This document shows, in pieces, positions 1 to 6,985 of a DNA stretch of 20,000 nucleotides. The notes beneath the pieces were generated by a model. That model had not been told where the DNA came from. It ran no database searches and worked only from the letters and a program-made list of their open reading frames with translations. A program made the position numbers and the translations under genes. Position 1 is the stretch's first letter, and the number at the start of each line of letters is the position of its first letter. The stretch comes from an uncultured virus (IMG/VR IMGVR_UViG_3300044491_001791) (Duplodnaviria > Heunggongvirae > Uroviricota > Caudoviricetes): IMG/VR virus record IMGVR_UViG_3300044491_001791, one strand, 5' to 3'.

Positions 1-280
1 GTTTACCGTCTGGAGTTGGTTCTATTGTAATATCACACCAAGCAGGAATAACATATCCCATACTCATGTAATCTGTAATACCGGGACAGGCTCTTACTGT
101 TTTATGACTATCAATGTTATGCTGTTCTTTTTTAAAGTATGGACTCATATCTTTAAACTTGTCAGGAAAAAATTTGCCTGCAGGTTCAATAGGTGCATAT
201 TTCCTCACGCCCCAACTTGAACAAGCAAAATTAATTACTGGCTCTTCTTTTCCAAAAAGTTTTTTTAAAAAGTTCTTCAT
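1..280 (-). CDS. Conserved phage hypothetical protein, partial (runs off the left edge); DUF6065-like motif
   Basis: Not in the ORF track. The ATG at 280 overlaps the dCMP deaminase stop (ATGA). The frame is open to the edge: MKNFLKKLFGKEEPVINFAC...KTVRACPGITDYMSMGYVIPAWCDITIEPTPDGK. The TxxxCPgxxDxxxxGYvIPxWxD pattern resembles DUF6065-type proteins (family call from memory). Confidence 0.75.
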   Translation of the reverse strand, partial: MKNFLKKLFGKEEPVINFACSSWGVRKYAPIEPAGKFFPDKFKDMSPYFKKEQHNIDSHKTVRACPGITDYMSMGYVIPAWCDITIEPTPDGK

Positions 281-708
281 ACTTTGGTAACATTAATATT
301 TGATTTCTTAAGAAATCTAATACCATCCTCGCTACGATAGTTATCTTTGTAGTATAGGTCTTTAATACCACTCTGGTATATTAGTTTTGCACAGTCTAAA
401 CAAGGTGAATGTGTAATAAAAATACTTGCACCGTCACCGCTTTCATTAGAACGTGCTAACTTAGCAATAGCATTTGATTCTGCGTGTAATACTTCGGGTT
501 TTGATTTGGTAATTAATGCACCTACTTCATCTTGTCCAATTATTTCTTCACACTCATTAACCCAACCACTGGGCATACCATTATAGCCAATTGAAATAAT
601 ACGATCATCCTTTACAACAATCGCACCTACATTCAAACGCTTTGCTGAACTTAGTTTTGCGAAACGTTCAGCAACATCCATGTATGCTTCAATAAACTTA
701 GTTTTCAC
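277..708 (-). CDS. dCMP deaminase (ComEB/T4 Cd family)
   Basis: Zn-deaminase motifs HAESNAI and SPCLDC, plus VGAIVV...ISIGYNG. Adjacent to thyX. Confidence 0.95.
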   Translation of the reverse strand: MKTKFIEAYMDVAERFAKLSSAKRLNVGAIVVKDDRIISIGYNGMPSGWVNECEEIIGQDEVGALITKSKPEVLHAESNAIAKLARSNESGDGASIFITHSPCLDCAKLIYQSGIKDLYYKDNYRSEDGIRFLKKSNINVTKV

Positions 709-1375
709 TTACAAGTTCCTCTGCTAAAGGAAATATCTCTGCAATTACTTTTGCACAAGCATGAGCAATATCCATATGTTCTTTTTGTGTGCCGTTAGCA
801 CCACGTAACTCAATGTAATGAATCCAACTACGTAGAGTACCGTTCATATACAATCGTGTTTTAGTACAACCTTCGGGCAATACTGCACGAGCCTGTTCTT
901 TAGCAATACCGTGTTCGATTGCCCACTCGTATGCTTCTTTAGCCGCCGCAATAACTTTTTCTTGTTGCGATTCCCAATCATTAATTAGATTCATATCTTG
1001 TTGTGTTGTACCTAATTCAATTGAGTTCTGTCTGTTCTTAGTATCTTGTAATCGTGCTTCGCGTAGCACAAACTGATCGCCAAACTCTGCTGGATCAGCA
1101 TATCGTTGTGAAAACTCTTGGAAACTAAAACTACGATGACGCACAATTTGATGTGCAATATCACGTGTAGTATTAATTTCTAAACAAGCACTAACCATTT
1201 CAAGTGGTGACCAATGAGCGTGTTTAATCAAATACTTGATTAGTTTCTCACTTGTTTCTGAATTCATTTGATTACTTGGGTTTGATACTCTTGCACAATA
1301 GGCAATAAGTTCTTGACAGTCGCCGAGGTCTGAACCTTCTGGTGCTGTTGAATATGAAATTAATTTTACGCTCAT
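698..1375 (-). CDS. thyX: Flavin-dependent thymidylate synthase ThyX
   Basis: ThyX signature RHRSFSFQEFSQRY, plus HWSPLE, AKEQARAVLP and RSWIHYIELR...TQKEH. Confidence 0.97.
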   Translation of the reverse strand: MSVKLISYSTAPEGSDLGDCQELIAYCARVSNPSNQMNSETSEKLIKYLIKHAHWSPLEMVSACLEINTTRDIAHQIVRHRSFSFQEFSQRYADPAEFGDQFVLREARLQDTKNRQNSIELGTTQQDMNLINDWESQQEKVIAAAKEAYEWAIEHGIAKEQARAVLPEGCTKTRLYMNGTLRSWIHYIELRGANGTQKEHMDIAHACAKVIAEIFPLAEELVSEN

Positions 1376-1941
1376 TCTGTTTCTCCTGGTTTTCTAACAG
1401 TAACACTAATGTTACCTGATATAGCGACTCTGTCGTGGGTACAATTTTGTACGCCTACTTTATGACTAACATTGCCTGGAAAGATTACCATTAATCCGGT
1501 AAACGGTTTTACAGTATAATTTGCTGTTGGAAATTCTAATGCGGCACAGTGTTCACAAGCATTCACATAGTAAACAAAACTATATGTTGCAGGCCAGTGT
1601 GCGTGTTCAATTGTATGATGTCCTTTATCATTTTTATAAACCATCCCCCAACAGTCTACAATATTAAATCGTAGCATTTCTGCACCACGTTGGCTTAATC
1701 CTTCGATGCTATTAATACATTGCATAATTGCAAAATCACAAATACGTTTGAAGTCTGGATCTTCATACATTGTAAATTCAGTCATATCTGCTTTTACATT
1801 ACTTCTATGTCCTACTACATCTCCGTAACTTCTAATCTTTTCTTCAAGTATAGGATTCAAGGTTTCACTGTTAGTGTATTTTACCATAGTAATATCACAC
1901 GGTTCATTCGCTTGTGTCTGATGTACTTTAAAGTAATCCAT
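1372..1941 (-). CDS. 2OG-Fe(II) oxygenase superfamily protein (TIGR02466-like, HxH type)
   Basis: WGMVY...HAH...SFVYYV...GLMVIFPGNVSHKV...RVAISGNI gives a double-stranded beta-helix with HxH...H iron ligands and a terminal Rxx(I)S. Confidence 0.85.
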   Translation of the reverse strand: MDYFKVHQTQANEPCDITMVKYTNSETLNPILEEKIRSYGDVVGHRSNVKADMTEFTMYEDPDFKRICDFAIMQCINSIEGLSQRGAEMLRFNIVDCWGMVYKNDKGHHTIEHAHWPATYSFVYYVNACEHCAALEFPTANYTVKPFTGLMVIFPGNVSHKVGVQNCTHDRVAISGNISVTVRKPGETE

Positions 1942-2276
1942 TAACCTGTCCTTAGTAATATATGATATCCGTATTCTGTTTTAATTGGAAAAGTAAGCAT
2001 TTCGTCTTTGTTAATTTGACTAATAGGTTTTGCTATTTCGTATTCCATTTCTCCTGGATAATCAAACCAACCTAAGTCTCCACCGTTCTTTGCAGATATT
2101 CTACAAGCACTGTGTTCTTTAGCGGCTTGTTCAAATGTAAGAAGTCCTTCTATAATGTCTTGAATAATAAAACCTGCTTCTTGTTCTGCCGCAGGGGCTG
2201 GACGATTGCTTGATTGTGCAGTAGCACCTTCGTGACTGATTAGAATATGACTTGCTCTAAGTTTCTGAATTTTCAT
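1941..2276 (-). CDS. Parvulin-type peptidyl-prolyl cis-trans isomerase (PpiC family)
   Basis: [30 protein letters not shown] and [10 protein letters not shown] motifs. Start moved to ATG 2276 (MKIQKL), which has a GGAG Shine-Dalgarno (SD) upstream. The track's extension to 2435 lies inside the ferredoxin gene. Confidence 0.92.
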   Translation of the reverse strand: MKIQKLRASHILISHEGATAQSSNRPAPAAEQEAGFIIQDIIEGLLTFEQAAKEHSACRISAKNGGDLGWFDYPGEMEYEIAKPISQINKDEMLTFPIKTEYGYHILLRTG

Positions 2277-2619
2277 CTGTTCTCCCGCCCGGCTTTTCAG
2301 AAAAGAATCTTTCAAACTTGTTAGGTTCGTTTGCCATTGCTTCAGCATCGGAAGGAACATCTTCTTCACGTTTTTCAGTAATATTTGGCCACTTGGCTGA
2401 ATACTCTTCGTTAATATACAACCACTTGTCTGCACCTTCTACGTTGTCTGGAATAATAGCATCTACAGGACATTCTGGCTCACAAACACCGCAGTCAATA
2501 CACTCGTTGGGGTTAATAACAAGCATATTTTCACCTTCATAAAAACAGTCTACTGGACAAACATCAACGCAGTCCATGTGTTTACATTTAATACAGTTTT
2601 CGTTTACAAGATATGTCAT
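2257..2619 (-). CDS. fdxA: 7Fe ([3Fe-4S]+[4Fe-4S]) ferredoxin, FdxA type
   Basis: [47 protein letters not shown] has the Cys spacing of Azotobacter FdI / alphaproteobacterial FdxA, with a WPNIT C-terminal extension. Strong SD AAGGAGG upstream (about 2633-2639). Confidence 0.93.
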   Translation of the reverse strand: MTYLVNENCIKCKHMDCVDVCPVDCFYEGENMLVINPNECIDCGVCEPECPVDAIIPDNVEGADKWLYINEEYSAKWPNITEKREEDVPSDAEAMANEPNKFERFFSEKPGGRTDENSET

Positions 2620-2637
2620 ACTATTAGTTATTCCTCC

Positions 2638-3558
2638 TTAGTATGGCCGCTTCCAAGACTTGGCAAATTCATATAACATTTGATCGTATTTTTCTTCTTT
2701 TATAATTTCTTCATAATCAGGTTGACCGAGTACATCTTGCAAATTCCAATACTGTGGATAACTTACACCTGCTTTATTTCTATCTTCAGTATCTGCAACA
2801 TATTCGTGGTCGATATGTTTACACAAATCTTCTGTGTCTTTGTTTAAATTTTCAGTTGTACCTAAGTACCACATATTAACTTTTAATACTTCTATAAGCA
2901 TATCAAATAGATTATCGTCCATTTGAATGTTATAAAACCAATCTGGCCAAGTTTGCGGAATAAATTGTCCTTGGTGTGTAGCAAATGTATCGCCACCTTC
3001 AAATTTACTGTACTGCTTAAACATTGCTCGTGTATCATCAAACGCATAAAAACATTTAAGTAACCATTTACATTGTAAGTTTCGTTCAGCACTGTTGTCA
3101 AGTCTCCATGTATACAAACTATTGTAGTCTGTTGCTTGTCTATTATAGTAACGTGCATATGTGTCACTTACAGGACTTGAACTACTAAACATATGAGTAT
3201 CTTGATTTAATTGTGCAAGACCGAATCGATAGTTAAAACTACTTAACAGTCTTGGAACAGGTTCCCTAACATGAGCCATATAATAAGGAACACGTGGTTC
3301 CTTTAACCAAAAATGTGTATGACTATATGTACTGTGCCCTGAAATAATTTTTAGTTGTTCGTGTTGTTCTTTTGTTCTATTTTGTAGTAAAGGAATATTA
3401 TGTTCTACAAAAGAACCACCGAATCCATCTACCCAATTAAAATGTTTTAACCAACGATCGTTTTCTCTATGTAAATGGTATCCTACCTTCCAGTTGAAAC
3501 TTGTTCCACCAGTTTTAGGAATATGAAAGTATATGTAAATAGGTTTAGGATTGGTCAT
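2638..3558 (-). CDS. PAPS-dependent sulfotransferase family protein
   Basis: 5'-PSB loop YFHIPKTGGTSF, an ISGH motif, 3'-PB motif VREPVPRLLSSFNY and a C-terminal D..LYEFA. Confidence 0.85.
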   Translation of the reverse strand: MTNPKPIYIYFHIPKTGGTSFNWKVGYHLHRENDRWLKHFNWVDGFGGSFVEHNIPLLQNRTKEQHEQLKIISGHSTYSHTHFWLKEPRVPYYMAHVREPVPRLLSSFNYRFGLAQLNQDTHMFSSSSPVSDTYARYYNRQATDYNSLYTWRLDNSAERNLQCKWLLKCFYAFDDTRAMFKQYSKFEGGDTFATHQGQFIPQTWPDWFYNIQMDDNLFDMLIEVLKVNMWYLGTTENLNKDTEDLCKHIDHEYVADTEDRNKAGVSYPQYWNLQDVLGQPDYEEIIKEEKYDQMLYEFAKSWKRPY

Positions 3559-3955
3559 TTCTCATCTTCTCTCTAATTTTTGTAGCAGAAATAGAATGTA
3601 TTTCTTCTCCTAAATCATGTTGAGTAAACGTATAACCTACTCCGCGGCCATAACTAATATCAACAATATTAGGAACAAGCATAATAATATAATCTTTGTT
3701 GTAAACAAATCCTGCGTCACTTAGGCCGTTAATAATATTAGTTTTAACAGTTTCAAAGTTAAATGGATTATCGTTTTGCACTAATGCAGTTCTGCCAGCG
3801 CCTGCATCTTCGCCAACAATACCACCTACATCTCGAACCATAATACATACTTGACCAGTTTCAGCAAGTGCTTTTTTAAACAATGCTGTATGTCCGTCAT
3901 GCCAAGGTTGCCAACGTCCTAACATTTCTGTAGTTGGCTTTTTGTAATCAAACAT
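3545..3955 (-). CDS. Small HxGH-superfamily nucleotidyltransferase (NMNAT/cytidylyltransferase-like)
   Basis: GRWQPWHDGH signature, DNPF motif and C-terminal ISATKIR. Overlaps both neighbours. Confidence 0.88.
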   Translation of the reverse strand: MFDYKKPTTEMLGRWQPWHDGHTALFKKALAETGQVCIMVRDVGGIVGEDAGAGRTALVQNDNPFNFETVKTNIINGLSDAGFVYNKDYIIMLVPNIVDISYGRGVGYTFTQHDLGEEIHSISATKIREKMRNDQS

Positions 3956-4400
3956 TTTCTGTACCTTTGTTGTGTGCTGTTAAGTTTCCGAACTTTGCTA
4001 CAAGTTCTTGTTTAACTATAAAGACCCAAGTATCGGCATCCATATGTGTTACCTTAACGTCATATTCTTCAAGGGGTTCAAATATTTTATTTGTATCCTC
4101 AAATCTTCCTTCTTTAATAGTATCCATCCACACAGTAAAGTCTGCATTGTATTCTTTTCTTGCATACTTTGTTGGACAAATAAAATCTGCAATAACTATT
4201 CTATTTTCTAATACTGCTTGTGCAGATAGTAATCTCATTCTTTCTGCTTGACGCATTCTACCTGCTTCAGAAAAATCCCAATCATTTGCTTCTTCTCTAA
4301 CTTTATCTGCATTCAAATGAACAGCATTAATCATCGGAGCAAGTTTTTCTGCTAATGTAGTTTTGCCTGAGCCGGGTAATCCGCAAATTAGTATTTTCAT
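3948..4400 (-). CDS. cysC: Adenylylsulfate (APS) kinase-like P-loop kinase, short and divergent
   Basis: GLPGSGKTT P-loop. LNADKVR, DFSEAGRMRQAERM and DFICP align with CysC LDGDxVR, GFSxxDRxENxRR and SFISP. Only 150 aa, with a shortened lid region. Confidence 0.75.
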   Translation of the reverse strand: MKILICGLPGSGKTTLAEKLAPMINAVHLNADKVREEANDWDFSEAGRMRQAERMRLLSAQAVLENRIVIADFICPTKYARKEYNADFTVWMDTIKEGRFEDTNKIFEPLEEYDVKVTHMDADTWVFIVKQELVAKFGNLTAHNKGTENV

Positions 4401-5305
4401 AGTCTTGCTAATCTAATCATAGTTGCCGCAAGATTAATTTCTGGATCAGCAACAAGTGTATGATCTACAAGTCCTTGTTTAATAATTAGAATTGCATCAT
4501 CTTCTTTGTCACCAAACAATGTAACATTATCATACAGCCATTTAAAAATATCTTCAACTTCATCAGGTCGCACTTGACTACATACAAGTTTTCTTGCTTG
4601 ATTAATTTTACCTGCCTTGAATAGTTCTACCATTTCAAGTTTATAGTCTGCTTCACCTGTGTCAGCATCTTGGGGTTTTTGTAATACACCATCAACACTG
4701 TTCATTTGTACCATATTGATACATTTACGCAAGTCAGGATATGTTGCTTTTACATAAGTGTCAAGTGTGTCTAAATCAGGTTGTATACCTTCTGTAATTA
4801 AGATTTCAGCAACACGAGCAGTAAATTCTGTTTGATCAATTCGTTCAATATGGAATCCTTGACATCTACTGTGTAGTGCAGGAATAATTCTGTTAGGATA
4901 GTTACAAGTAAGTATAAAGCGAGAAGTAGTATGATACTCTTCCATAACACCACGTAGTGCCGCCTGTGCATTGGGTGAAAGATAGTCTGCCTCATCAAGT
5001 AATACAACTTTAAAATCTCCAAATGGAATCATTTGTACAAAGTTTACAATCTTATCACGTACATCTTCTACGGAGTTTGTACGACTTGCGTTAATTTCTA
5101 ATACGTCAAGATCATTAAGTTCAAGTTCATTAAATAAAATTTTAGCAAGTGTTGTTTTACCAATACCTGCATTACCTGAAAATAATAAGTGTGGAATAGT
5201 GCGTTCTTTGATCCATTGTTGCACTTGTTTACGTTGATGTTCATCTCTGAACACATAACCGTCTACTGTTTTAGGACGATATTTTTCTACCCAAAGTTCT
5301 TTCAT
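4397..5305 (-). CDS. Sliding-clamp loader AAA+ subunit (RFC small subunit / T4 gp44-like)
   Basis: LWVEKYRP, Walker A GNAGIGKTT, EINAS, Walker B LLDEAD, AQAALR, SRC and DLRKCIN motifs. Confidence 0.96.
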   Translation of the reverse strand: MKELWVEKYRPKTVDGYVFRDEHQRKQVQQWIKERTIPHLLFSGNAGIGKTTLAKILFNELELNDLDVLEINASRTNSVEDVRDKIVNFVQMIPFGDFKVVLLDEADYLSPNAQAALRGVMEEYHTTSRFILTCNYPNRIIPALHSRCQGFHIERIDQTEFTARVAEILITEGIQPDLDTLDTYVKATYPDLRKCINMVQMNSVDGVLQKPQDADTGEADYKLEMVELFKAGKINQARKLVCSQVRPDEVEDIFKWLYDNVTLFGDKEDDAILIIKQGLVDHTLVADPEINLAATMIRLARL

Positions 5306-5715
5306 TTACCTGCCTCTACTATTCGTTGCCTCAAATTAGTACTACTAAATGAGTGTTGCCTTTTATTATAATATATTTCTATACCTTTGTCAACACAAAT
5401 CTGCTTACCAGTGAAGTCTTTTGATTTATATTCTTCACCAATAAATCTTTTATGAATTGTGTATGTAAGAAGTATGTCTTCCAAATCTTTTTCAGTCGAA
5501 TAAGGAATGATTTCGTTAACATACTTACAACCTGCCAATTGAACATAACGTTCAAATACAGATTGGATTGGTTTATTCTTATCTGGTCTATCAACAGTTG
5601 GATCTGTTTGTAGTCCAACTATTAAATGATTACAGTTGTCTGATGCTTCTTTAAGCATAGCAACGTGTCCAGTATGGAATAAATCAAATGTGCTAAATGT
5701 AATACCGACTGTCAT
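5302..5715 (-). CDS. Glycerol-3-phosphate cytidylyltransferase-like protein (TagD family)
   Basis: STFDLFHTGH, LIVGLQTD, KPIQSVFER and RQHSFSST motifs. ATG 5715 is preferred over GTG 5730 because the GTG sits inside the promoter. Confidence 0.88.
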   Translation of the reverse strand: MTVGITFSTFDLFHTGHVAMLKEASDNCNHLIVGLQTDPTVDRPDKNKPIQSVFERYVQLAGCKYVNEIIPYSTEKDLEDILLTYTIHKRFIGEEYKSKDFTGKQICVDKGIEIYYNKRQHSFSSTNLRQRIVEAGK

Positions 5716-5721
5716 AGTGTT

Positions 5722-5749
5722 ATTATACACTAATTGCTATAAAAGTCAA
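5722..5749 (-). promoter_or_regulatory. sigma70-type promoter, probably leaderless
   Basis: Minus strand reads TTGACT-N16-TATAAT, then 6 nt, then ATG 5715. No SD is present. Confidence 0.7.
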
Positions 5750-5760
5750 GACTTTTATAG
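5737..5760. repeat. Perfect 11-bp inverted repeat overlapping the -35 box (possible operator or hairpin)
   Basis: CTATAAAAGTC-AA-GACTTTTATAG. The repeat is certain; its function is not. Confidence 0.75.
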
Positions 5761-6168
5761 ATCGCCGGCTTTTCGATTTTCTGAGTAATGTGCATCAAAC
5801 TCTCCGCCTGGATAACGGCTTTTTAGTTTGTTTACATTTTCCTCAATAACTTCGTTTGGATCTAAACCCAGAGAACGGCAAGTATTAACCCAATACCACA
5901 TAATATCGCCAAGTTCTCTTTTAAGATGGAACTTGGTGTCATCGTCCCAAGGTTTTCCCTGAAAAAGAACTTTCTTAATGATTTCATTAAGTTCTCCAGT
6001 TTCAGACGAAAGTCCGATACCACCTGTGACAAGTAGTGCAATATTAACCGGGCATCCATGTGCATCTCCATTTAAGTAACCCATACGTCCGTATAGGCGA
6101 TTATTGTCGTTTGATTCTTCTGACGTAACTTTTTCTACAAAGTCTTTGTATTTGTTTAGATCTATCAA
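5755..6168 (-). CDS. mazG: MazG-like nucleoside triphosphate pyrophosphohydrolase
   Basis: GLSSETGELNEIIKK...LKRELGDIMWY...NVNKLKSRYP (ExxE...ExxD motif). TTG start with AGAGG SD. Confidence 0.92.
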   Translation of the reverse strand: MIDLNKYKDFVEKVTSEESNDNNRLYGRMGYLNGDAHGCPVNIALLVTGGIGLSSETGELNEIIKKVLFQGKPWDDDTKFHLKRELGDIMWYWVNTCRSLGLDPNEVIEENVNKLKSRYPGGEFDAHYSENRKAGDL

Positions 6169-6178
6169 TGTAACCTCT

Positions 6179-6583
6179 TTAGTTTATAAAGTCTTCGGGA
6201 CGGTGACTATCTCCACTAAGGTCAATAGCATCACCATAGTATGCAAGATCGCTTGGTGCTTCATCGCTTACGCCTAATACACCAGTTGGATCTACTGTAC
6301 GGAGAACTTTTGTATCACCGTTTTCATCTTCAACTGTAAAACCTCTTGACCATCTACCATGTTCAATTAGTACCCAGTCTCCGACATTGTAGTCGTCTGT
6401 GTTTTCGTGTCCTTTTGACACAACCTTTGCCCAACGCGGTTTGATACCATGTTGTTGGCCATCATCACTTGGAAGAATGATTCCACCTTTAGTAGTAATA
6501 CTACCAAACTCCATATCTGAAACCATAATCCTGTCATGCAAAGGTCTTACTTCACCTTTAATGTTGTGTAAACTCAAAGCCAT
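6179..6583 (-). CDS. groES: Co-chaperonin GroES/Cpn10
   Basis: VRPLHDRIMV, mobile loop TKGGIILP, AKVVSKG and VGDWVL, followed by an acidic C-terminal extension. Confidence 0.92.
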   Translation of the reverse strand: MALSLHNIKGEVRPLHDRIMVSDMEFGSITTKGGIILPSDDGQQHGIKPRWAKVVSKGHENTDDYNVGDWVLIEHGRWSRGFTVEDENGDTKVLRTVDPTGVLGVSDEAPSDLAYYGDAIDLSGDSHRPEDFIN

Positions 6584-6955
6584 TTACTCACCCTTTTTTA
6601 CAAAATTACCTTCGTCGTCTTCAACCCACTCTTCGTCTTCTGCTACTTCTTCAATCTTTTGTTTCGCAGTTTTCTTTGGTGCAGGTGTTTCTTCAACAAC
6701 TGCCGCCGGAGCAGAGTTTTCCGCTTTTGGAAGTTCGTCTTCAACTACTGCTGGATTATCACGATAATAATCTGCAAGTACATCTTCACGTTTACGAACA
6801 ATTTTACCACCTGGGCCTAATTCATCGCCACGTGCATTTACACGAGCATTTCCAACCGCAGGAGTAAGTTCGTTCTTTTGGCGTAATAAGTCCATATCAA
6901 TTGCTTTACCTTGCATTGACTTATAAACTTTACGACCTGTTTGTTTTACTGCCAT
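6584..6955 (-). CDS. Hypothetical phage protein (basic N-terminal domain, acidic low-complexity tail)
   Basis: ATG 6955 (MAVKQ) has an AGGAG SD. Contains AVGNARVNARGDELGPGGKI. Its stop abuts the groES start. Confidence 0.8.
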   Translation of the reverse strand: MAVKQTGRKVYKSMQGKAIDMDLLRQKNELTPAVGNARVNARGDELGPGGKIVRKREDVLADYYRDNPAVVEDELPKAENSAPAAVVEETPAPKKTAKQKIEEVAEDEEWVEDDEGNFVKKGE

Positions 6956-6977
6956 AGTATATCTCCTATTATGTGAG

Positions 6978-6985
6978 TATTTATC
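6978..6985 (-). promoter_or_regulatory. Putative late-promoter motif GATAAATA
   Basis: Motif recurs at gene boundaries and resembles the T4 late promoter TATAAATA. This copy overlaps the DnaE-like stop codon. Confidence 0.6.

Noticed and set aside
2277..2435. N-terminal extension of the parvulin ORF given in the track
   Set aside because: It lies inside fdxA in another frame. ATG 2276 has an SD and begins right at the parvulin domain.
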